DNA of 64,000 nt from Antedon mediterranea (lineage: Eukaryota; Animalia; Echinodermata): NCBI RefSeq assembly GCF_964355755.1, contig NC_092670.1:23546795-23610794 (forward strand). The letters are read 5' to 3'. Shown here piece by piece: positions 1 to 25,793 of the stretch (position 1 is its first letter; each line of letters opens with the position of its first letter). The notes under the pieces were generated by a model that was given only the letters and a program-made list of their open reading frames with translations, was not told where the DNA came from and did not search any database. The translations under genes were made by a program, and so were the position numbers.

Positions 1-1034
1 ATTACAAAATATGTTTCTAATAATGCCGGTTTACTAGTTTACGATAACGCATGTTGATTTGGTTATTTGATTGAACTTCAGAGTTCCTGATTTCATTTTG
101 AATTACCTTGTTAGTATAGTACTTGAATGAGGCAATGTTTGACATGGAATTTATCACCTAGATATTATATCGGTTGTTCGACATGTTTTGACCAATTAAA
201 GTACCCCAGTAAGTTAATGGAAGAGACAACGCGCCTTTATATGATTCAATTGTATAAAATAATAATCGGAAAACCACAGTAAACGATCATCCTTTCGTTT
301 TTGTACAGAGATTTTATTATTAACATTAATAGGCCTATTTTAAGAAACCTTTTCTTCGACAAAGATAACGTTCACATGAAGCAACATATAATGTTGTATA
401 AAATGTTACGGTCGCTCGGCTCGGAATCACATCCAATCCAGATAGGCCTACAAAGGGAATCAATAATAAACAACACAATTTCTGATTTTTATAATCGTTG
501 ACTTGAAATCAATTTTCTAAAACATTATTTTCCTCAATCAACGCATACAAATTCAATTTAGATTCGATTTCACTGATAACGGATGTCAAAAGGAATTCAC
601 TGCATGGTTTTACTTGTGTATAATACTCAGATGGTCTCCATTCATATTTCCTCACAGGTCTAGGCCTATGCCTGATAACGTCATTTATTGTAATTAGTCC
701 ACTTTCATCATGTATTATCGTTAGTGGAGATTGAGAACAATACCTACTGTATATTATAAGTCGACAATTGGGAATTATCACATGTGGGATCGTGAATAGA
801 ATACAAATTACGTCATCTTTATTTTGAGATTAAGCCAAAATTATGTCATTTATTGAAGTAGGCATATTTTTTTAGTATATAATACTATCTGCAGAACATT
901 AAACTTCAAAAGGTTGTACAACAATTCTTTATTAACTTGGAATAGAAAACACTCAATACAACGTCGTGACATGTTATTTTCATCTTTGAGAGATATGAGC
1001 ATAGCGCACGCGCGAAAAGATTTAACAATCGACA

Positions 1035-1330
1035 ACTTACTCACCACTTACCTACTTTAGTTAAATAAGATACGTGATCCATCAAATGCTTAAATCATCC
1101 CTCGCGGATGAGCCCCGTCCCTTAACGGAAGTTTTTTGTCATACCAGCTGTGACCTGGGGCCTTGTACGGTCAGTAGGCCTAGTCACTCTCGTCCCCACA
1201 TTCCTACGTACCGGTTCATCTACATCATACTTATAACACGTATATGCGTCACACAGGGACAGAAATGGCACGATTAGACGCGTCGTGAAAAAAGTGCCGG
1301 CCCCCTTTTCAGAGTTTAAACGCGTGATTG
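1035..1330 (-). promoter_or_regulatory. CpG-rich putative divergent promoter and first exon of an unknown minus-strand transcript
   Basis: Minus strand reads AG|GTAAGT-GGTGAGTAAGT at 1035-1053 (three overlapping consensus donors), downstream of a CpG-rich tract (1100-1330). Confidence 0.35.
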
Positions 1331-2116
1331 TCTGACGAATAATTATGCAGTATTTTTAGCGTATTAAAACAGTACATATTTTGTATTCGAATTAGATCAG
1401 CAGGTTTTTAACGTCAGCATAAACATGTAAATCTGCAGCCTTGTGTATTCAGCGTATTGGAAACCCTCACCTCTCCCAAGTGCATCGTATTGTGTGTAAA
1501 TCTACAGCCGAGGCGCCACAAAATATATGATGCATTTGTCACGATATTCCATTTCGGCTCATCTTTAATAATATACGAGTTATGCGTACATTTTGAGTAC
1601 TCTATACTATTTGATGTGTGTATTCGTGACCAAGGCATTATTTATAATGTATAATAAGTAGGCTACGTCTGTGTTGTTTATCGGCAGCACATGTATAGTC
1701 AATGTCAATGACCAAATCGACAAAATACAATTTTCCATGTTAATATGTATGTTGCTTCAGATGTAATTTTAACACAAATTTGGAAATGTTAAATATACTA
1801 CTGAATTTTCTTCAAAGCGAACAGTCATATTAAGAACAATCTCCACAATGTTGTTAATAAATTGAATACATTTTGAAACTATGTGCGTTACCTGTAGTTT
1901 GAATTGGAAATTTGAATTCTGAAGGATTATCTTCAAAATGGTATTAATAATTATTAATATTATTATTAGATTGTTTCCATTTTTATCTACCAATACATTT
2001 ACTATTGATATTTGTAACCTGTAAAGTCAGCTATACATAATAATTTAATTAATGTTATTATAATTAATTAATGTACAGTATGCCACTGTTTAACATGTTT
2101 GTTTCTCTTATTTTAG

Positions 2117-2160
2117 GAACTTCTACAATTTAGGAATTAGTCAGTCCATGCTAAAACAAG
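2117..2160 (+). other. Probable 5' UTR exon of the BAHCC1/TNRC18-like gene
   Basis: Pyrimidine tract + TTTTAG acceptor (AG 2115-2116) and perfect CAAG|GTAAGT donor (2161); the next clear acceptor is TTTTCAG at 6083-6089. Confidence 0.55.
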
Positions 2161-4422
2161 GTAAGTTGCTGTCCGTTTATTTATAATTAAGTACTTTTCG
2201 GAATTTGAACAGCTAAAAAATTAATAATTATTCATTTTTTGTTTATATAATAATATTATAACATTGAGTATTAACAAGCATAAACACTCCGTTCAAGGTT
2301 GTAGTTTACAATTTTCTCTGTACAACACAGTACGGTACCTACAATAGCAAAAATGTGTATAACGAGCAAACTGGAAAACTCTTTGTAGATGATTATGTTT
2401 AGTCTGTTTTACTGTAAGTAAATGAAAATAAATAACCCACTTGCAAATCGATTGTTGATTACTGTGCTTATTAATTTCAGTTTAAGCATCCTTTTATGAT
2501 TATAAATTGTTTAGTAGTTATGAATATTTTATAGTCGGATTCAGTTATCATTTGATGATTGTGAAGAATTGTGGAAAATGGTAAAGTAATTATAGAAACA
2601 TAGTTTCTAATATTTAATATTTATTTATGATATTACTGATGACTCATTTTATATTATACATTATTGTAAAACATGAGTATGCTATAATATGTTAATATTA
2701 TAATCCGTCCGACAGAATAACTAGAATTATATTAAAACCATTATATTTTGATGCTCATTTCTGAATCGAAATCGAAACACTCGGTAAGAAAGGAAACAAC
2801 TTTGGTATTTCCGCTCGCAATGCTTCTGCTCAATTTATTTTGAACAGGCGGCATTTACTAAAGCAGACGTTGAAACGATTCTGTATCGATTTATCCAGCT
2901 TTGGTGTTCGGGATTATAAAAGTATGGTCAAATGATCTAGTACCTTTTCTGTAAGTTAGTCATTTGCATTCGAACTAAGTCCCAAAACTATTGAATATAA
3001 CCGCAACAATGATTTTGTATTTTCAGTTTAAAAACTTCTAAACTTGAAAAAGCGCGCAGATCTTCGCGATCCCGATCAGTTCTTTTGTATAAAAGAATAA
3101 TTATCTTTTTCAATTAATCGTATACTTTTCTTGAATATATGTTTTTAAAAACTTTAGATAAACACATTGTTTTTAGTTAAGAAATTCAAATGATATATTC
3201 TATTTAGAGCGCTTTCTCGAAAGATCTCATTATCAGTAATCAGACAATTTGTTTGGATTACTCAAATGAATTTGGAATTAACTTGACTGTTGACAATTAT
3301 CTTATAATAAATGGATCATTCGTACTGTATGTTTGAACATTACGTTGTATCTAATTTTGAGTAAAACGGAAATGATAAGAATTTGCTATTATATACTTTC
3401 ATCTTAAAACGACCAGATTGTACATAATTTAAATTAATATTGGAAATCACCAGACTGCATTAAGTAACCTGTGTGTGTATCTTTCAACTTCAACAACATT
3501 TAAATGTGGAAAGAAGATGAAAATAAGAAGAATGTTATGGCTGAACTTGTTTGAAACATTATTTATTATTTTAAAACAATAATGCGAGTCATGGCCCATT
3601 CACTTCGTATCGGGAACGAACCTATGGGTATCATTCTTCCCTGGCTTATAATTGAAGGTATGGTTAAGAAAGGACTTAGGCCTAAACGCCATTGCTTTAA
3701 GATCATAGAAATGAAAAATATCCTGACACAGAAACATTATTAATCGCCTCACCAGAGCGTGATGATGTTTGATTATTCTGCATTCTTTACGAATGAATCA
3801 ATATTGATAAAAACCGATAACATAACATTTCTATTCCGTTTATCTATCTCACATTCCTTAAATAATAATTATTTGAGCTTACCCATTTGCAAAATATAAT
3901 CTAATTTATATATTAGTTTATTTTCTGAACAAATTTGGTTCTGTTCATCATTTCTCTAGGCTACTTGTTATCTCTTTATGAGGAAGCAAAATTGATAACA
4001 ATATTAAATTTAAGTTTTGGAAATCTACACATTTGGCAAAATGACGGTTTTATGTTTAATATTTCCATCCCAGTGCAGGCATACAGTGTGCACTGTGTAT
4101 ATAGGGTATACGTCGATCGTATGTACTGTCGCACATATGATCGTGGAATTATTTTGTAATAATTAATTGTAGAATAATCTGTCGAAATTTGTAATATATT
4201 AGTATTACCGTATATGTTCTGTATAGTATCTATCCAACATAAAAAAGAACGAATAAAGAATAGCGTTCAAGTCTGAAGCAAATATGTTGGGACTGTTTCT
4301 AGGCCTAATGTGAATAATGTGTATAAGTAAGTTAAAGTCGTATAAGTAGGCCTAGTCGATATGACATTCTGCTTCTGTTTCATATTGGCAGCATACGGGC
4401 ACAACTGAAGTGTATTTACATT

Positions 4423-4785
4423 GATGACAATAATGACGACTGTGTGGCCTACAGAGTTACAAGGCAAACAAGTGTTTTATTAAATCATACATTAATACAA
4501 GTACGGGACGCCAAAGCACATTCGATGACGACAATCACGAGTGTGTGTCCTACCGAGTTACAGGGCAATTAGTGTTCACATTAAATCATACATTAATACA
4601 AGTATGGGACGCCAAAGCACATTCGATGACAACAATCACGAGAGTGGGTGTCCTGCGGAGTCACATTAGGAAATAAGTAGACCTCAATTCAATTCAAATC
4701 AAATCATACAATATATAAGTATGAGACGCGGACAAATGACAACAATCACGAGTGTATGCCCCCTGATTTACAATAGGAAATAATG
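4423..4785. repeat. Degenerate tandem repeat, about 101-111 bp unit, about 3.5 copies
   Basis: GATGAC..CAATCACGAG...ATTAAATCATACATTAATACAAGTA.GGGACGCCAAAGCACATTC recurs with unit starts at 4423, 4524, 4625 and about 4736. Confidence 0.85.
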
Positions 4786-6119
4786 GCTTATAATTAAACC
4801 AGGGAGATTTATATCTCACTGATTAAATCAATGAAAGAGAAATACTATACTTAGATGTCGTAAAATTTAGAAGACGTGTTTTTGAATCATAATTTATGTA
4901 TCTTTCTGTTTCCTGCATGCGACTCTTTATTTCTTTCCAAACTAAAAACGTCAATTGGCACGCCATAAGAGAAAGTTCAATTTGGGTGTCATAACCAGCA
5001 TTTTACATCCATCCATTAACGATATCCGTAGGCGTATTAATTTATCAACCATGTGTCTCTTTTAAAATACAGTACAGTATAAGCAATAAACGAGTTAGGC
5101 CTAAACATACGTCGACCAGGCACAACGATAATTTCTTGTAACTAAAATATGTACGCCATCCGACAGAGGACAGTATGAGTATAAAATTGTCTAGAGGTCA
5201 ACATATAGAAATTATCGAGCGTTGACACTATTTTATACTTAATTTTTACACATGTCGTATACGTCATATTTCAACCCGCTAACGACAAGTTAACCATGGA
5301 GATACCTCCATGAGTTAACTCGATGAACGAAAAGATAATCTCTGAAGCTGGTGTTTAGTTGTGCAACAAACATTATTTTAAGAATATTTTAAAAATAACT
5401 ACAATTGTCAACGAAATTTTGGTAAACTTGAATTGAAGACTTTTATTCTTTTCCAGCATCCTAGTTTTTATCCCTTCACATCGGAGGCCATTATATTTAA
5501 TGTGTTTCAATCAACTCTACACGTGGTTTATCGCGTGCAAGAAGATCTTTTTTAATCGCTTAAAATGTTACACTAATCTATATTAGGCCTTTTTTCGTTC
5601 ATTTTTCTCATCGTTAATAATATTTCTTTGATAGTCTTATTTATTTTCAAAATCGTTCAGAAAAATATAGACCAGACGGTGTAAACGGGAAATGATAATC
5701 ACATTTTGATTGGATAAGACTGTGGCTTATGTCAATGACCGGGTGTGACCTAATTTGTACTTGAAATCAACTGTATCGCTATTCGTATAGTTTTCCTGCA
5801 AACGGGGTTTTAATATTATATTAAGAAATGCGTCAAATATTGCAAATAAATCCAGAAAACTAAGCTGAATTAGGAAAGAAAATCAACTTTCCTATTGCAA
5901 AACACATCTAAATAAAAACAAATACAGCAGTAGTGACGTTGCCGTGCATTTTTGTTTCATAAAACTAATACTTAGCGATGTTTACATTCATTTTATGTGT
6001 TAATTTTATGTTATTAAAATATTGTTAGTAACAATACTGATATTTATATTCGTAATCTCTTCTCATTTACCGTTGCTTTCTATTTTCAGAATAGCAATGT
6101 GGACGTAGCAGGTGTAGAA

Positions 6120-19542
<13,423 letters not shown>

Positions 19543-19660
19543 TAGATGTTCGTTACACTCTATTGCTTTGAAGTCCTTGGTGCTGTGCAATTAAAATGTT
19601 TCTATTAACTTTATTACATATTGTAGATTATAAGTCATATTTTATGAAAATGAATGAAAA

Positions 19661-19822
19661 TAGAGTAGAAGTCCTCTCCTTTGCTACGCCCCTTATTTAG
19701 GGAACACTTTTATGTGATATGAGAGCCAAATGTCAATCACAGTATTCATAAGACACTTGTGTTAAGGAGGAGACTCTTTGTTGGGTCCCAAAGGTTGTCC
19801 TCCTAATAGAGATTCTACTGTA
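19661..19822 (-). mobile_element. Tc1/mariner-type MITE in the BAHCC1 3' UTR
   Basis: TA-GAGTAGAAGTCC ... GATTCTACTG-TA termini; the left end nearly matches the reverse complement of GGACTTCTACTGTA at 59820-59833; internal GGGTCCCAAAGG matches the family. Confidence 0.7.
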
Positions 19823-21677
19823 TATGATCATTCAACTGGATTGGTATAAATATTTATATATCTTCTGTCAATATGGCATAAAAATCATTTATTTAGTAGA
19901 GTTTTCAAGGTTACCACATCAGCCTTTTAAAGTGATGTGTCATAACTTCTGTATCACAAGTATATTAAGTATAATATAAAAAAAAGCCTTGACATTTTCA
20001 TTAATACCGCACATATTAAAGTCGCATAGCACAACGTATATAAAAAACTTTTCTTATTTGAAAATATACAAAAGCTATATATTTAAACAACAAGAATATT
20101 ATGTCCGTAGGCATATTGCATGGAAGACAATCTATTGAATAATAATCATGATGATCTAGTTTTGTGTTTATCCGTTTTAAACTTAAACTAATGACATTTT
20201 GGCTTTGTAACCCTAGATATAGGATACATTTTGCAAACACATATAAAATAGTATCTAGGTATTTTGTTTGTGATTGTGTGAATTGTGAAAAGCCAAATTA
20301 AATACTTTTGCTAATTTTTAGAAACCAAGGATAGCCCTCCAATGGTTTTGTTCTCCGCTTATAAGAAATATATAATGTAAATATTTAAAAAATAGATATT
20401 ATATATAGAACATTAAAATCTAATAAAGAGTTTTGAATAGTATTTTATGTACAGCTTATTGAGAAAGATAATAATGTTGGTAGCTTTGATTTTCATTTAT
20501 CTCTCCCATCGAAGATCATTCCATTATTGTTGTTTTACAACATTCATCGGTACATGTGTACGATAGTGTTAAACCACAATTTAAAATACAGTAAGATTAA
20601 TTTTGTTAATATTACTTTTTTATTTCTCTACTAAACTGTTATTATTGTGTTGTCAATAATAATCTTTAAACAAAATTTATTTTATTTTTTTATACAGTAT
20701 TATTTGCAAAATTCTCAAATTGTATTTGGAAGGATACTATTTTAAAATAAAAACAGTTTTATTGTAGAAATTTAAGCTTTTTTTATATGGAAATTATGTT
20801 TGTGGAAATTAGAAAAATTGATAAAAGAAGCGAGCATGGTATATTTTTAGAGAATTGTTGTTTCATTTATACGTAAGAAGGGCGCCCCCATGCTGTATGC
20901 AGACTATTGAGTGTCTTATTGTTTTTACTCTTTGTATATCTCCTGCCATTTTCTGTACAAATATAATATGTATATAATTGTATTGAAATATATAGATTAA
21001 GATCATTATGAAATTGATTTTTAATTAATATGTTATTTCAACTTAAAATGTTACTGAAATACATAGGCTTATCAAGTTTATATAGTTTATAGCTATCATT
21101 TCAGAACCTGGTCAAATCACATTATTGAAAAGTTTAAATACTTAAATAGAGTTTGGTCAACATAGACCATGTGCATGTTATCTATACAGAGTCATTTGAT
21201 TGCCATTGTTTATAGACAATTCTTATTCTGGTTAAAGAAATTAGTGGTATTGCTAAACTGCAAATGCAAAAAAAAAACACCAACTTATTACCCAGCTTAC
21301 AGAAACAGTTTGCCGTACCGTACTGTAAATGATTAAATATGTGTTTCAAAGTTTATTAAAATCATGGTGTGGGAATTCTGCACATATGTTGATGGTGCTC
21401 AAGCCTAGTCCATAATTTTTGCCTAAATTTAAGTTTAAGTTTAATTATTTAAAATGGTGTTAAGCATGTAACAATGTTTGTATTGAAATGTTTTATACCA
21501 AAGGGTAATTCATTTGATGGTGATGCTTATTCGATCATTTACGGTACACACATTAAAAACCCAGGGTATTTTTGTGCTAGACATGAACTAGGCCGTAAAT
21601 AATTATACTTGCATTAACATTTTAGCTAAGTTGCATTGTGGGATTTATTGAATCTCTTGCATGTGAAATGGTTACAG

Positions 21678-21750
21678 ATGATGACATCATAATAAGATGA
21701 TCATGATGACATCATAATATGGTGATGACATCATCATAAAGTGATGTGAT
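21678..21750. repeat. Short tandem repeat of GATGACATCAT units
   Basis: GATGACATCAT occurs three times within about 60 bp. Confidence 0.7.
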
Positions 21751-21868
21751 TAAAAAATGATGAGTGTTTTTATACATCAAGAGTTTATTACGAATCAAAA
21801 TATTATAGTTTATAAATTGTAAAGAAATTGTTTTTAGTTCATGAGAACACAATGTTTCTGTTTTTTGT

Positions 21869-21900
21869 TGTAAATAAAAGGCTATTTTGAAAAATGTTAC
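21869..21900 (+). terminator. Candidate polyadenylation signal ending an approximately 2.3 kb 3' UTR of the BAHCC1/TNRC18-like gene
   Basis: TGTA followed by AATAAA (21873-21878) and downstream T/GT-rich sequence, after a long T-rich tract; other AATAAA sites (e.g. about 20422) are possible. Confidence 0.4.
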
Positions 21901-23838
21901 TGTTTCTCTCTCTAAGTTTTGTATAACATGAAATGCGTATTACAACATTTAAAATAACTAAACTCTTTTATTTCAGAGAATTGTTACTAATTCTGTTATT
22001 TGTTTTGCAGAGCCAATGGATTTTACTATACCAGTTAGTTGGACGAGTCCAAATAAAAAAGTCTGTAAGTAGACCTACAGTATATTCTTATCAACTCTCA
22101 CAATATCAAGGCAACTTGATCTTGAATTTATCCCAGTAAAATGGAAATAATAGATCTGTGAATAACTTTCATTACAATGATCTCTAGTATGAGATCCACT
22201 GGTGCTCTCTTCTCTTCTCTATATTTAATCAAATTGCCAAAGATAACTCTAAGCAAGTTCATTCACAATTCTTCTTGAAGGTGGCAATTGTGTTCACAAG
22301 ACAAACACACAAACAGTCTTACTACAAGTCTTTGGGAGTGGAGTTATTAACAATATTTTTGATTGATATCTTTTTTGTCTTGCAGGTACAGTAGCCATGC
22401 AGTAATAGCGCCCTCAAGACGGGTGTTCTTGCAGTATCAGTGGAGTAAGCGTATCCCTGAGGAGAGTTTTGGTTTATCCTAACATTGGCATTCAGGAGAT
22501 TGACAGTTTGTCAGTATCCAGACCATATCAATTCTTTACACGTTTCTCCAAAGCAAGTAAACAGTGAGGTCTTCCATTAGGTTTCTGCTGTCAATAGTTT
22601 GTCACCCTCAAGTATAGCAATTCTCCCTATGCTTTTTACTACAGGCCCAATTTTATGTTTTGGATTGCTGCAGATAGTCTATTGTAATGTATCCAACAAA
22701 CAAAGTGGTCTATGACAACAAATAGATTGTTTATTAGAATAACTGATTTAAGGAAAATGACTACCTTTGATAGAATGTTCTTTGATTTTGTAGAAGGTTC
22801 AAGATTTCCTATTTTATACACATCTAACAGGAAAGCAAATATAATATATAAAAAGTAGAAATGGAAAGAAGAGTAGAAAGTCTAATAACACCTCCGGAAA
22901 GGTTTGATGAGGTAAAGGTCTTTCCTTATCTTTAACCAATCAGATATCAACAACAACAATAAATAAATAGGAAACCTCCATAAAGTAAACTAGGAAAGCA
23001 GAAAGATATACTATAAAATACAGTATAAGAAATAGTGAACGGTCCATCCTTTAGTCATTGGACATTTTTTATAGCATTCAGGGCGTTTCTCACATCTAAC
23101 ACCTGCCTATCTCAATGAACTACATTGTTCTCTGTATCATCACTGTATTTCTTCTAGAATTTGATGCACATAAATCTGTAAATTTGTAAAGGCAAAGCTT
23201 CTTGTAAGGAAGTGAACTTAATTGTAACTACTGTTGTAATATATGAACATCTGCTAAAAATGAATATGGATGATGATTGTAGTTTTTGTGTGCAATAATA
23301 CTTTTAGAAATACATTATTTTATGTATATGATAGTAGCAATACACATAGCGCCGCATTTTTCTCTATGCACTTAAACCACAACCATGTGCAAAGAAATGA
23401 AAGATAAAGCAAAAAAAAAAAAGAAAAGAGAATTGAGCTGAGACTTGGATTATTATATTAACAGATATCGGAAGTTGGATCTGGAGCTTTTGAGCATTGA
23501 CATGTTTTAAGATTATACTGTATATGCATTTTATGGAATTTGATAAAACTTTAATTTCTCCATAATATTCTCAACATATTTTTTTTTCTAATCTGAAGAT
23601 GTTGTTTCCACAGAGTCTATAAATTGTTTGAATTATACACATCCTAAAATGATATGTCAAGATTTGTACATCTTAAAAGCAATTAAGTTTGGCTTTAGGT
23701 CATTAGAAAAGGTCAAATTTCACTCTTGATGAATTTAAATGTTGCAGTAACATTTAATGACATTGGCCTAGAATTCTGCTGCTAAATCTTACCACGGTCG
23801 GCCTAGTCTTGCAGTCGACTAATTCATTTTACAATTTT

Positions 23839-24207
23839 GAAATTGATAGAAACTGAAATCTTGGGTCTGTATATTGTTTAGTGTTTGTCGCCTATCATTT
23901 CCTGCAATATTATTCAAAAACTATCTTATCTTAAAGCTATGTTAGTGCCCATTTGGTTGTGACTTGTTCCGACATAAATACTGAAGTAGCCAGTAATTCA
24001 CCTATGTCTAAATAGAGGTGTCCGGACCCTAACAAGAGATTAAGAAATTGATAGAAACTGAAATCTTGAATCTCTATTTTCAGGTTTCTCCTTCAATATT
24101 ATTCAAAACCTTAGACTATCTTTTCCTCCAAATGTGCCCATTTGTGACCTGTTCCAACAATATAAAAGTACTGAAGTAACCAGTGATTTACCTATGTCTG
24201 AATAAGG
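23839..24207. repeat. Diverged tandem duplication, about 205 bp period
   Basis: GAAATTGATAGAAACTGAAATCTTG...AATATTATTCAAAA...GTGCCCATTTG...TACTGAAGTA.CCAGT.ATT.ACCTATGTCT starts at 23839 and again at 24044. Confidence 0.8.
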
Positions 24208-24730
24208 ATGTTCCAAAAGAAGGATTCAGATCTACTGTATTCAATTTGAAAACATATTGTATAAACATTATACAGTATTTCTGTTTTATGAATACATTGC
24301 ATATAGACCTCATGGCAGTATTTATTATTATGTCAATATGAACTGATGCGATACATAATGCAATCAACACTCGTATAATATTCTAATATTGCACAATTTT
24401 AATACTTTTTCTTGCAATAAATGTTTGGCTAGTAACCAATTGATGATATCATGTTTACTATTTATATTCATTTCACTATAAATCTTTATTTGATCTGTTA
24501 ATATAGGTAGTAAATTTTTATTATAGAATGACTAATATTTATATTAATCGTATGTAATGCCAGTGTTAGGAGTTTTGGTTTCACGCATGGCAACTATTAA
24601 CAGGGTAGATCCAGAATGTTGAGGTGGGAGGGGGTGGGCATGAAGGGGAACAAGGGATGTAAGGTTTCTTCCCAATAGTCCGCCCCTTTCTCCCATTTGT
24701 TCACATTTCAAAAGATCTATATAGACCTGT

Positions 24731-24898
24731 TATAGTAAAACCCCTATTAAGGGGACACCTTTGGGACCCTAAAAAATGTCATCTTAGTAGGATTGTCGTC
24801 CCTTGAATAGGGTTTGACCCTACTATCAAAACATATATGTTTGTTTTACAGGAAAGTGTCCCTGAATAGGAGGGTCATGTAGAAAGGGTTCTAATTTA
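24731..24898 (+). mobile_element. Tc1/mariner-type MITE
   Basis: TATAGTAAAACCCCTATTAAGGGGACACCTTTGGGACC ... AGTGTCCCTGAATAGG...GGGTTCTAATTTA; same family as 19661, 38156 and 59546. Confidence 0.7.
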
Positions 24899-25348
24899 AT
24901 ATTGAAAATTAAATTACTGAAATTTCTTTTCCAGTTTAGTTTAAAATATTATATTGATTTAAATTTTCTTCTAGCAAATTTGATGGTTAGGTTGATAATC
25001 CATGTCTTTGTCGGCACTTTGATATTAAGGCCAATGTCACCACCGTACATCCCTGTCACAAAGCCATGTAACCAGGCTAGTTAGTATGATTTAATCTGTA
25101 TTAATCCCCTGTGTTGTATTCACTGAAGTGGTGGTATTTTCATTAATCTCTATGATCTACTCAATTAAGCCCACTTGAACGTATTAAAAGTCCATGTGTG
25201 TCAAAAATAACAATTCATCCCATATAATAATTTGGCCTTTAATCCCCCCAAAAAGAGTTAATTGAACTTAATATTAAAATAAATAAATAAATTAAATAAT
25301 TTGATGGAATGGAAGCTGTGGTATTAGAAAGATCTAAAGTCTTACAGC

Positions 25349-25793
25349 AAGCCTGTAGCCATGATTTTTACAGTGAGGTTCGTTTTTTCCACTAAAAAGG
25401 CAAAATTTAAAATAATAATAATATCCTGGATTTATATAGCGCCTAATGTTGTGAAACTCTAAGCGCTGAACAGTATTACCTCAGTCATTTTTTTGGAAAC
25501 ATACTCCCATATTGCAGCTAGTAACCAGCACAAATTGTGTCTTGATCTAACCGGGTACCCATTTATACACCTGGGTGGAGAGAGGCAAACGCAAGTAAAG
25601 TGTCTTGCCTAAGAATACAAGCAATGCAGTAAGAGTAGGATTCGAACCTCGATCTCACGATCAGTAGTCCAACATCCAACACACTGATGAAGTTCATCAG
25701 AGGCCTATTTAACCATACTTTTATAACTGGTAATTTCTAGTACTTTGAAAAGGGCACTTTAGGAACCCTTGAAACCCTTCTGGCTACAGGCTT
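25349..25793. mobile_element. MITE with AAGCCTGTAGCCA/TGGCTACAGGCTT inverted ends, interrupted by a SINE
   Basis: Perfect 13-bp inverted repeat at 25349-25361 and 25781-25793 enclosing the SINE at 25411-25687. Confidence 0.65.
25411..25687 (-). mobile_element. tRNA-derived SINE with a CORE-like centre and an L2-like tail
   Basis: On minus: B box GGTTCGAATCC (plus 25638-25648), central CTTAGGCAAGACACTTTAC...CTCTCCACCCAGGTGTATAAATGGGTAC, and tail GGCGCTATATAAATCCAGGATATTATTATTATT. Confidence 0.85.

Noticed and set aside
509-781. 90-aa minus-strand ORF
   Set aside because: ATG-initiated but no recognisable domain or splice support; cannot be supported without a homology search.
19585-21876. 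miR-92 seed match (19585) and Pumilio-like TGTAHATA sites (20376, 20969, 21869) in the BAHCC1 3' UTR
   Set aside because: Short motifs expected by chance in AT-rich sequence; conservation data are needed.
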